In this document: piece by piece, positions 10,653 through 21,872 of the stretch | Position numbering within the stretch: the first letter of the stretch is position 1 | Layout: each line of letters begins with the position of its first letter | DNA from: Thelocarpon superellum | Taxonomy: Eukaryota | Length of the DNA stretch: 35,112 nt | Direction of reading: 5' to 3' | Assembly: GCA_026025795.1 (NCBI GenBank) | Contig: JAPEUG010000163.1 | Location: 1-35,112, forward strand | Position numbers and translations under genes: made by a program | Notes under the pieces: model-generated | The model's input: the letters and a program-made list of their open reading frames with translations, nothing else | Database searches by the model: none | Told to the model about the DNA's origin: nothing

Positions 10653-12306
10653 GAGCTAATGTCAAGACGATTGCTTGGGCACGGATGAGGTTATTCTTCT
10701 CGAGAGCTAGGAAGGCTAAGGGTTTGAGACGTTTGTTATGACACAGAGAGATTTCTGGAAAGGCGTAGGGATGGATGCTTATATGTCCCATTGCAGGCCA
10801 CCGATGGATTGCATCGATCCACCCATGGCCGTGCAAGGCCATCCCACGATCCGATAAGGCCGCAACGAAAACGACCGACACAGCCCCCGACTTCCATTTT
10901 TCTTCCAGCAGAAAATGTAAGCTGGCCAGCAACGCGAGGGGGGTGCATCGTCACCAGGCGGCGCCTCTCCGCTATTGTCGCAGAATGCATCCTACCAGGC
11001 CTAGCGCGCCGCCTATCGGCCGAGAGCGCGCGAGAAGAGTGGAGGCTTGCAGCAAGTAGTCTTTCGTACCGCAACGCACGGTCGGAGCGAGCGAGCGCTT
11101 GCGACGCGAGACGAGCTACGAGCGTGATGTAATCACACCGCAGCCGTCTGGCTCCTGCAGCCCTGTCATACTCACAAAGTACGAGTAGTGCCTGGCGGTT
11201 TCGGCGTAATTGCGAGCCCTCCTTGCGGCCGTTGTTGGGCGTTGTCGGGTGTAGCTGTCTCCCTTGAGCTGCCGCACATTCTCGGGGGAAGGGGGAGGGG
11301 GGAGGGTAATGCCCAATTTCAGGTCACTCTCATTTCCAAACGGGATCGATGAGCGGTGGAATCTTTCCACTTGGCCGCGTCATTTTACGAGGTTCAAAAA
11401 ATCATTTTATCACGATTTAAACATTGAATCGATCGACTATTTAGCGTTTCTTTTTGGAAGCTACCCCTACCGTAGTTTCTGCTCCAGATTCTGGCCAAAT
11501 ATTATAGCAACGATAAATGGACGGTGGTTGCTGAATGTTAAGACCTCTTCATCTAATGCGCCAATCAAGTGCAGGCTCGCGACAATTTCCCCGTTCGCAA
11601 GTGAGGATGGGATCGTCGCACCAGCCCACTTTTTACGTCATCGCGGCTCCCCAGTAGCTCCACATCAATCACCAGCGACGAGGACAACGAACGACATGAA
11701 CGAAGATGATTTAATATGAAATCACTCGCTGCCGACACGTATGCCTCTTCGCGTATATGGCTCAAAGATATGTTCGTGCCAGCCAAACTTGGTCCATCCG
11801 ACGCCTTGTTCAACGCGTTGGGCTTCTTCAAGTGAGATGCGATTAGTTCCTATGCGCATCTTGACTTGCTCTTGAGTGACGTACCGTACGTGGCGGTGTC
11901 CGGAGAGGTGTCTCAGGTGTAGTCTGTGCAATGGACGTGCTTAGGCATCGTCCGCACGACGGCATTCACGAGACGATGGTGGTCACCGGTCGGTGTCTAC
12001 GTCGGAGTACCACCGATCCATTTCCTCAGGGTTATCAAGGGTCGCGAGGCAATGACAGGTCCCGTTGCGGTACCTGTGCCCATCGCGGCAGGGGATTCGT
12101 CCAGGTCTTTAACTGTAGCTCTCCAATTGTGGGGGGCCCCGCGTAACCGGGTCGGATAACTGATAATTCTCTACCCATTGCCACCTCCAGCTCTCGTCGG
12201 CAGCGACCCTGGCCCGGGAATCGCCTTCCCATGGGCCACGTGCATGAGGGAGTGTGGGAGCTGATGATCGCCTGGGAGGATCGTCTCTTGGCGGCACGAG
12301 AAAGAA

Positions 12307-14928
12307 ATGCCCGCGACAGCGAGGCAGAGGGTCGCGCAGCTCTTGGCCACCGATGCCCAGGACCACGGCCTTCCTCTTCTGCCCACGTCTCATCATCTGG
12401 TCATCAGCACCCGCAGTCGAGTCTACTCTTGGCACGGCCATGATCTCTCGGAACTGTTTCATTCAGGCTCCGCCGGGATTGTGGCGGCCAAACGAGCGAA
12501 CGACGGGAGCGGCATCTTGGCTGTGGCCGACAGCCACGTGGTGATCCTGCATGACATCAGGAAGAAGCTGGAGCGGAGTTATCGATTGAAGAGAGCAGAG
12601 GTGTGCATTCTGCGGCCGTGTCATCCTCCTTCGGCGCATGGCTGAGCGGCACTCGCACAGGGACGGGTCAATGTACTGGAATACGCCGACGATTCCAAAA
12701 GCCTCTACTTTACAACCTCCTTGCAGAACGCGGTGCAGTCATACTCGGTGCAGCAGTCCCGCCTCCTTGATCCCTCGCACATTCATCCTTCCCCCCCAAC
12801 GTGTCTCGCGCTCTCTCGTGCCTCGTCTCTGCTGATCTCGGCCTCGGCCTCCCCGCCTACCGTCTATGTTCAGAACCTCTGTCTGTGCACTACACCGTTC
12901 CATCTCCACCCGGCAGTCTCAACCGCCCCCGTGGTAGTCATTGCTTGCCATCCCAGCCGAACCAACATCTTCTCACTCGCGTTCGCCGATGGCTCCGTGG
13001 GCGTTTATGACACGCTACGACTGTCTAGCGAACGAGGTCCCGGCAAACGGCCGGTGGGCGCATCCAGAGATGGATATGGTGCAGAAGTCGGGTTTATGAC
13101 ATCGGTACACGCCCCTGGATTGACGCGTGGTCAAGCACATGCTCGAAATGATTCCGTCGAGGGTGCTATCGATCCCGCCGCAGCAACAAACATCAGCGAA
13201 GTCAGCAACCGATCTGGTAGCATCACGGCCGCCGAGTTCGTCCCTGGCTATCGAGCCAGGCTGGTCACAGTCGGAATGGATGGGAAATGCATGGTCAGCG
13301 ATTTTGAGAAGATGGAAAAACGAAAAGGGCGGCAGATCTGTTCGTGGCATGTCCGCAGCCCAGCGACCAGTCTCTCCATCTTGCCAGGCTCCCGCGAATG
13401 TAGCACCGCGGGTATGAAATCCGAGGCGAATCCCGAGGATTGTCTACTGGCAGTCGGACGAGTCGACGGGAAGGTGCTCCTATATTCTTTGACCGGCGAC
13501 GCGCTTGCGGAGAAGACGATCGATCCTGACGGAGGACCCATTCTCGACGTGGAGTGGATCAAGGGATCCGGCGAGATGCAACGGACGACGGAGGACTCAC
13601 CATCACCGAGGGAAGACATGATGAAGGCAGACCAGAGACAGATCCCCAGACGATCACCCAAACGAAAAAGCCTGAGCTCGCTACTTGCCGCGGGACGAGA
13701 AGAGGAGGAGGTGGTGTTCGGGGTATTGGAGAACGTGGAGGGAGACCATTCGGACTACACCAAAAAGTCCGAATCGACCGGTCGAAGCTATCACACGGCC
13801 AAGCAAGAATCCTCCCCTCCTGTGCCGACCATCTGGCAGGATGTGATGGAGGCTTCGCAACGCAACTACATGAACTTGTTCTCGCCCGTCAAGCAAGCTA
13901 AACGACGAGATTCCACCGCTCCGACCACCTCACGCGCCGTCCGACGTAAAAGCGCAACGCCGCGGAGGAAATCGACCAATACCCGCCGCGACAGCGACCG
14001 CCTCAGTGCCATCTCTGCGCCACAGCTCTGGAACGAAGCCGAGACCAAACCTGCGCCGTACACGTCGCTTAGATCCCGCACCCAAGAGGCTCAGTCGCAA
14101 TCGTCCACCGCTCTCGCCCCTGGCCTCCTCCGCCACGCTAGCACCAAAGAAGCGCAGACGGACGGGACGCATGTCGCGCTCTTTGCGCCCTACCTGCAGC
14201 GAAAAAGCCTTTACCCTACACCGAACCCTCCGTCGACCTCGCAGATGAAATCCCCGAAGGTATTGCCAGCCATCACATCGACGGATGCGGACGCCGGGTT
14301 CAACAAGCCCAGAGACGCATCCATCCCGGTCCGGAAATCCTCACTCTCGTCCACGATATCCAAGGGGACTGCGTCGACGGGGATGCAAAGTCGCAAGACG
14401 GTCTCATTTGAGGAAGCTGACGGGCGGGCCGAGGGGCGGGAACCAAGCAAAGGCGACCGCATCGGACGTCGCGGAGACACGAGGACGAAAGCGGAACAAA
14501 GCCATGACCCCAGCGCGAGCACAGCATCCCGAAGAATCCACACCGAATGCAGCACCTGCACATGCGACCGACAAGATAGCCACGCACCAATCACGCCGCA
14601 CGCCTTGACTCCTCTCCAAAGCGCCAACGGGCAACACACAGACCAGGCTCTGAACCAGGCCGTGGACCAAGCCATGGAGCGGGTTGTGGAGAAGGCGGTG
14701 GACAGGGAGAAGGGGCAGCTCCCCGAGCACGTCCAGGTCCAAGTGCAGCTTGAACCGGACGACTTTCGATCTTCTATCCGAGAAATGCGGGCAGAGATGC
14801 AGGCTATGCGAGACGAGCTGCGAGAAGACCTGCACGAGGAGATGCGCCTGCTTCGGGATGAGCTCGAGGCGCGCATCGCCTTGGCCTTGGCTGGTGATGA
14901 CGGGGGCGGCGCTCGGGTCATGATATGA
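12307..14928 (+). CDS. WD40 beta-propeller protein with disordered linker and C-terminal coiled coil (NEDD1/GCP-WD-like architecture)
   Basis: Exon 1 from ATG 12307 splices across intron 12601-12660 to GRVNVLEYADDSKSLYFTTSLQNAVQSY. WD-like blades include FSLAFADGSVGVYD, LVTVGMDGKCMVSD and LAVGRVDGKVLLYS, followed by an S/T/P/R-rich linker and a heptad tail (IREMRAEMQAMRDELREDL). Confidence 0.82.
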
Positions 14929-15235
14929 ACAAGTAGACGGAGGGTCCGTTGTATTCTATCATGATCTGAGTATAGGGGCTTACGCATCCGGTGGTGAGCA
15001 TTAATACTTAATACTACAAGTATATGATTCACAGACATTGTAGCAACCTCAACACCAACAGCGGGTCATGGCATGCATCGTGGAAGTGATGTGATGTCAC
15101 GTCCGACTTTTGGAGACGGTAAAGCTGCCATCAACAAGCGTCTGTGAACCTCTATGCACGGGTTGGTCAGTTTTCGATCACGCTGCTAGTTGATCCAACA
15201 ATGACGATCTTGGAGAGATTTGAGGTCCTACCTTG

Positions 15236-17039
15236 CTACGAACTCAGGACGGGTGAACTAGACAAGAGGGGATATGCATATGAGCCGTTGGAAAGGGCAG
15301 GAAGAGGGCCGAAGAATCGGACTGGGGTTGAACAAGACGTTTTTGTCAGATACAAGACCCTTCAACCTCGAGTATGGGGATACTAACGGTTGAGAGAGAA
15401 ATTTCCGCCCCCAGCAGGAGCGGGGAGCCAACTACAATGGGTGCAGGGTTAGTAAAGGTAAGAGAAGGTTGGTAGGTTCTCAAGGGCTCGACTCGGGACT
15501 CACTTGCGGGTCCAATTCTGCGGCGGCGTCGTATTAGCTGGCTGGATCAAGATTTGAAAAGGTCCATCGCTTGTTGCGTTTCCGTAGACCAGGAAGCCAT
15601 CCGCGAAAGTCAAGTTGCTCCGGTCACCCAGGGAGTAGATGTTCATGGGATTGGGAATCAGAAATTGGTTGGCGCCGTAAGCGGTCAGACTCCAGAATGC
15701 AGTCACTGGAGGCTTGGCCGAGAAGGTTAATATAATCGCCTCGCCTGCCTTCACCACCAGGGTGGCAGTCTCGCTTTCGCCGACATATGCTGGGTAGAGG
15801 GCTTGCGACGCGACCAGCTCCAGATAGCCTGTGCGTGCAACGTTGGCTCGGGCAAAGTAGTTGGGTCCGTAGTTGCCACTGAGAGAAGGAAGTGGCTGAG
15901 TCCAGTTGTTGCCGAGATCCTGGCGATTGGCGGGATCAGAGAACGTCTCTGCCATCCTGCGTCTTGCGTCGTCATTCGCAGCGGTCAGATTCACCCCAGG
16001 TGGCTGCGTGTAGGACCCGTTCTGAAGGCCTGCCAGGTCCAGAATTGCCGAGACATTCCCTAACTCATTGCCAGGCTCTGGTAGATTGTAAGGGTAGAGG
16101 CGTGCGGTACGCTGAAGGGCTCGTTCCTCGGGAGATCCGGAGAGACTGCCATTCAATCCCTCGAGAGATAGGGCAGGTGCTTGTGACTCGGCATCAGCTC
16201 GAGCGACAGGAGTCACTTGTATCTGAGACCGCAAGTGTTGGACAGCGGCCACGTCGGTCGAGTTGTTTCGAAGTAAGATCCGGATGATTACAGACCCGTA
16301 TGTTGTCGGGAAGTTGACAATGCCCGCGTATCCAGGACGAGCCTCCGCGGAAGCAACGTCGCTCAACAGGTGCAAGCCCGGCGGACCACGATCCTGACCC
16401 CCAAGTCTGAGAAGGTAGGTTCCGGGAGCGGTGTTGGTGACGCTTCCAATGTTGGCAAAGTTGTTGCCGTATCTGCCCAGAATGTCAATTGAGCCCATTG
16501 CGTACCGAGGGGGTGGACCAGGGGTGGACCAGGGGTGGACCAGGGGTGGACCAGGGGCGGACCAGGGGCGGAGGACGACTCACACGTCATAGAAGGGAAA
16601 GACGTAAAATCGACCATCGGAGACCGCTGGAACGGTCAGGGCCAGGTCGGTGTGGGACAGATCCACCACCATCCTGGAGTACAGCGTATCCGCATTGGGC
16701 CGCACAACGGCCGTCCAGCTGGCGGTCAGCAGTCGCGGCTCATGGTAGATTTCATTCAACCCCACATGCGACAGAACAGTCGCGGCTAGATCGGTGTAGG
16801 GGCCGAGTGGGTAGCCATACTGGTACAGGTCTCAGTCCCTTCACGTCCTGTCTTCGAGGCGCCGTCATAGCAGCAGAGGTTCTCACCGCCAAGGCAAATG
16901 TTGTCGCGTCCTGGGCATTGTCCTGGGGTGCGAAAGCCGAGCGCTTAAGCCGCCCATTCGTCGCTTGACTCCCGGACGACAGGTGCACCAAGCCATGCAG
17001 CAAGAAAATAAGGGCCGGAGAGCACATCAGCTGCATCAT
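15236..17039 (-). CDS. Secreted DUF1254/DUF1214-domain protein
   Basis: Signal-like N-terminus, then YGYPL...VVRPNADTLYS...GRFYVFPFYDVYGNNFA (DUF1254-type) and FWSLTAYG...YSLGDRS...NWLPAPAGGG...LRFFGP (DUF1214-type). Introns at 16820-16886, 16473-16583, 15432-15503 and 15322-15387; many N-X-S/T sequons. Confidence 0.87.
16510..16575 (+). repeat. Intronic 11-bp tandem minisatellite (GGGGTGGACCA)x4 + GGGGCGGACCA + GGGGCGGAGGA
   Basis: Read directly from the sequence; lies wholly within intron 2 (16473-16583) of the DUF1254 gene. Confidence 0.95.
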
Positions 17040-17691
17040 GGGCGATTTCTGCTCTTTCAACTGGGAAGAATGAGGTTCACTTTGCTGGATAGTTACACGA
17101 CCAACATCACAGCATTGGCTTCATATTATACAGCTTGCCGGCTTGCTGCTTGCCGACATCTACTTGCAGCAGAGGGTGCGGAATAAATGCGAATGCGGGA
17201 AAGAGGGCGGGTGAGGGTGCGCTTGGGCCGTGCGCGTTTGGGGTCCGTGGTCAGCAGTCATCGGCCCCAGAAGCCCTAGACGCTTCTGCCAGAGGCTTTT
17301 GCAACCGGAGTGACCGGAGGGGAGGGCTGGGGGAGAAGTGACACCCCGGCATCGTCACCACGGGCGCGGAGAAACGCGACGGCCGCGGAGAAACGAGTAA
17401 TGCCAGATTATCGTGAAAGATACCACGCAAGGATGAGGGTGGTCTGTGTCAGAGAGAGGAGGGAGGGGAAGAGTTACGGCTCCTCGCGGTCATAGCTTCG
17501 TGGGAAGAAGTGGGAAGGTGGAGGAGGTCAAAAGTCGCAACCACGGTAAGCGACCGCGAGCCGACGAGCTAGCCCGCGCGCTCGAGGTCCGGCAGTGTTA
17601 ACGCCGCACACGGGAGCGGTCCGACCCCGCCAGTTTCCGCGCTCTCGACACATCACTATACTCTAACTCGGAATCTGTCGCTGTCGAACCT

Positions 17692-20600
17692 TCACCGCCT
17701 GCGACCCCCTCCCCTAGCCACCTCCACCTCCACTTTCAACGACCCAACAACATCCTCACACCTTCCACAAAGCACTAGATCAAGCTCGGGCGTACCGAGG
17801 GGCGCTACGTAACGCCAACATCGGGCGCACTTGGCTTTCGTGGGCGGCAGGATGTGTGCTGTTGCGCTCCCCGGGCCGTCTGGGGTGTCGAAGGCTTGCG
17901 CGTAGGACGCGCTAAATCCACTTTGAATGCTGTCACTGTCTTCGAGTCGAGTGGTGGTGAGCGTCACGCTTGAAACGACGAAGAGACTGTCCAATTCAGA
18001 CAGGTAGGAGTTGAACAGTCCGTAGCCCTTCGAGGCGGTCGATGAGGAGGCGGTAGACGGAGGGGGAACGGAAAAAGAGAGAACGACAGAAGATTGCAGC
18101 GAGGAGCCCATGTCCTTCTTCGTCCTCGCCTGTTCCTGTGCCGCTTTGATGGCGGCATTGGCCGCAAGGAGCCACGGAAGATCGAGCCGGAGTCTCGGGT
18201 GACTCCATTGAGGGGCGGGCGCGGGAAAGAGTCGTTGGAGGGGATGGGTAGTCGTGTCTTTGAGCTGCGCCGGGGTATGCTCCCATGCTTCTTCGACGAG
18301 CAGCGGTGTGATGGGCGAGAGCATGCCGAGGAGGTGGTCGGAGACGTGCATCAGCACCGTTTGAGCGGCACGGCGACTGACGCTGTTGGCGCCATCGGCG
18401 TAGAGTCGGTCTTTGATTGACTCGATGTAGAGCGCTGATAAGTCGAGATTGATCCATCGGTTGATGGCGTTGACGGCTGTGGAAGGGACGTGAATGTGTT
18501 AGTGAGGGTCGGGACGGTGGCGGAAATGAAGGCACCATACCTCGGTGGAATTCGTAGCTTTGATAGGCTTGTCGCACGGTCGCATTGACCTCTCCGAGCT
18601 GCAGCAGGGCGATCTGATCCATGCTCGTGAGCCCCTCGTACCTGATCTGATCCGTCGCATGGAAATCTTGGAGTGCTCCCAGCAGCAGCTTGATCGTGAC
18701 GCGGAGCTTGTGCAGGCTGGCGTGGATGGCCTGCAGAGCTGGCTGGCTGATCATCACATCGCGTGTGTAATCGCTTCCGGCGGCCCACAACCTCAACGCG
18801 TCGGGTCCGAGGCCATCATATGTCGACGCATTCCTGTCCGACGCCATTCCTTTCTGGCCCTTCTTCCGTTTGACGGGCGGGAGCAGGGATCCGTCCAAGA
18901 TCTGCTCCGGCGACACCACGTTGCCCATGGACTTGCTCATCTTTCGCCCGCGCTCGTCCAGGGTAAACCCATGTGTGAGGAGCGTCTTGAACGGCGGTCG
19001 TGCGTCCGTGGTCACGCCACTCTGGTGTGCAATGTAGGTCAGGAGGCTGGATTGGAACCACCCGCGATGTTGGTCACTCCCTTCGCAGTACACGTCGGCC
19101 AGAGGCTGCCCTGATGACCGAGCTTCAAGCAGCTGCGTCCAGCTTGTGCCGCTGTCGAACCACACATCCATCGTGTCCATGCCACGACGATACATCGACG
19201 GGCCCTCGCCCTCACGAAGCTCTGGTGGTGTCCAGCTGGCATCATCTTCGGCATCTGTCCACCACGTGTCAATCCCACGCGCCTCAATCATCGCCATGAC
19301 ATGCGAGACACTTCGCTCCGTGACAAGTGCCGACCCCGATTCTCGATGGTACAGAGCCGGAATAGGCACACCCCACGCCCGTTGTCGCGAGATGCACCAC
19401 TCGTTTCTGCCCTTCACGAAGCTTTGTAGTCTGGACTTGCCGCTCGCAGGAACGAATTGGACGTGGTCGAGGGAGGCCAAGGCCTGGTCCTTGATGCTCC
19501 CCACGTTGGCAAACCACTGCTCGGTAGCGCGGATGATGATCGGACGCTTCGTGCGCCAGTCGTAAGGATACTTGTGCGTATACTGATGAGTCGCGACCAC
19601 TTCTCCCCGCTTGCTGAGGTAGTCCAGCACCCGGCGGGCCCCGTCGCCCAGGACCTCCGACCCCGTCAGCGCCGCCGAATCATCCTGGCAGGCGGTAGCC
19701 ACGAAGCGTCCATCAGCGTCCACTGGCGCAAAGACGTCCAGGCCATGTTGACGGCAGAGCTCGTAGTCGTCGAATCCGTGGCCCGGCGCACAGTGCACCA
19801 TCCCTGTTCCCGAGTCCGCCGTGACGAATTCGGCGTGTATCAATGGCCGAGGATCAGGTCGCTCACCGTCGAATACATTAGCATATCGTACTGCCCCAAC
19901 AAGGTCTCGTCCTGGGATGTTGTCGACAACGATCGTCAATGTGCCGGGCGAGACAAATTGTAAGAGATGTGGTATTCTCGATCGCGCCAGTAAGAGCTGG
20001 CCGCATGAAGGTACGTCCACGACGGCGAACAGCGTCTCTGTATCGATGGCGACGGCTCGGTTGGCCGGTAATGTCCAAGGCGTTGTGGTCCAGATGAGGA
20101 CACCGAGGCGGTCGATCTCTACTCGCTCATCCTGCGCCAAGGCAGGAGGCAAAGTGATGACGGGAAACTTGACAAAGGCAGCTAAGGACTGGTGGTCTTC
20201 TCGATATTCGAGTTCAGCTTCGGCCAAGGCGGTGGCAGAAGAAGGTGACCAGTACACGGGCCTGAACCGTCGGTGGATCATGTCTAGATATACGTCAACC
20301 CCTGAACCAATCTCTCCCCGGATGCTGTCAAAGCCCGCGACGTTGCCTGACCTTTGTCCACCATCTCACGGAAAAGGGCTAGCTGTCTCATCTCGAAGGA
20401 GTGGTCCATGGTTTTCCACGCCCCGTCCCAATCGGCCATGATCCCCCATCCCCGGAACCCTTTCATCTGCCCGGCAATGGCCGTGGCCGCCAGTCCTTTC
20501 GCGGCCGACCTGACGGCTGCTGGGCTTAGCACCTCGGCTTTGGTCGAGGTAGTATGCTGTGCTTGGGGTTGCTGGAGCGCCTTGAGCTCGATGGGCAGAC

Positions 20601-20913
20601 CATGACAGTCCCATCCTGGCACGTAGTGCACGCGTTTGCCCTGGGTGAGTTGAAAGCGACAGATGACGTCTTTGAGCACTTTATTGAGTGCGTGTCCGAC
20701 GTGGAGATCGCCATTGGCGTAGGGTGGTCCGTCATGAAGGACGAAGGATTGCTCGGGCGGACGCGTGCGGCGCTGCCAGTCATAGAGGTCATCGGAACAT
20801 TGCTGCAAGAGCGCGGCCTGACGAGCGAGCGACGGTCGGGGCGGGAAGGTGGACTTGGGCAGGCACAAGGTTGATGACCATGATGTGTACAGTACACGGG
20901 TCGGACGAAGCAT
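17692..20913 (-). CDS. ISM1: Mitochondrial isoleucyl-tRNA synthetase (bacterial IleRS1 type)
   Basis: HDGPPYANGDLHVGH, GWDCHGLP, IWTTTPWTLP, GTGMVHCAPGHG, WCISRQR, EGSDQHRGWF and KMSKS motifs, plus C-terminal CARC...CGRC zinc knuckle. Introns 20284-20351 and 18477-18540; presequence-like MLRPTRVLYTSWSS start. Confidence 0.96.
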
Positions 20914-21176
20914 CTCACCGGAAGACCATGATGCAGCCCGTCTTGTGGCAAAGCGGTCCACTCGTACTACTCATACAGCTCAGAAGCTTGACGATGGAGC
21001 TCTTGGAAAAAGTAACGTTAGCTTCGCGATTTAGCACGCTGCTTTACAGTGCGAGTGTGCTCCCATAGTATGGGACACTCTCGCATCGTGGTACTGACGC
21101 TCCCCGAAAACTAGACTGGAAATCGGTGGTCTATTCTACGGAAGCTATCCGTCGTTCTAATATACAGCTATGGTGG

Positions 21177-21230
21177 GTCACGTGCGGCGGCTTAGTCAAA
21201 AGCCTCGAGCTCCCGTGTGGAGCCTCCACA
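21177..21230. promoter_or_regulatory. GTCACGTG E-box (Cbf1-type) and 15-bp palindrome TGTGGAG-C-CTCCACA upstream of IleRS
   Basis: Motifs at 21177-21184 and 21216-21230; function inferred only. Confidence 0.3.
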
Positions 21231-21872
21231 GTACCATCCGTGAACACCGGACGTTGGGGAATCATATCTCATTTCCGTGCTCGAAAAATACATGCCGTCT
21301 CGGGGAATCGTACTTGGGCCGAGAATAATTGAAGTGGCCGTAATGCAGCATCTTGGGATAGGAAGACTTTGGGCTCTGCGCATCCCTTTCTCCTCAGGGA
21401 TCAAAACAGTTTCACGAGGCAGGATGGCAAAAGCACCCGCCGGGATCTGGGCAGGATCCCGGCTGGTCGAAACAATCCACTGGTCCGCCCGCGGTGATCT
21501 GCGGGGTTTTCAGGGATGGTTTGCGAGTTGGTATCCAGATGGCGCAAATGGAGGAACCATTTCCACTACGCCATCTGGGGTTACAGACACAAGCGGTCAA
21601 CTGGTATAAAACCTGTCCGAAGAATCTCCTAGGCTGTGACGCTGCATCGCTCCTGCCTGAGGAGGTGCTGCATCAGGATATTCACTTTGCGTACTCCAGT
21701 CACCCGAGCTGACACCATGCTGGGGACAGATCTCAAGTCGATGAGGGAAATGGACGCGTGACAATCCTCGACGCCGACGCCGTTTGTCCCAGTCCCTCGC
21801 TATGCAGACACGCCAAACATGAAGACGAGGATCCTGGTGGTCATCCACCCGTGAAATACGCGAGGGGAAGTC

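Noticed and set aside
16510..16575. Repeat array as CRISPR or telomeric repeat
   Set aside because: 11-bp units with no spacers inside a spliceosomal intron, and the unit is not TTAGGG.
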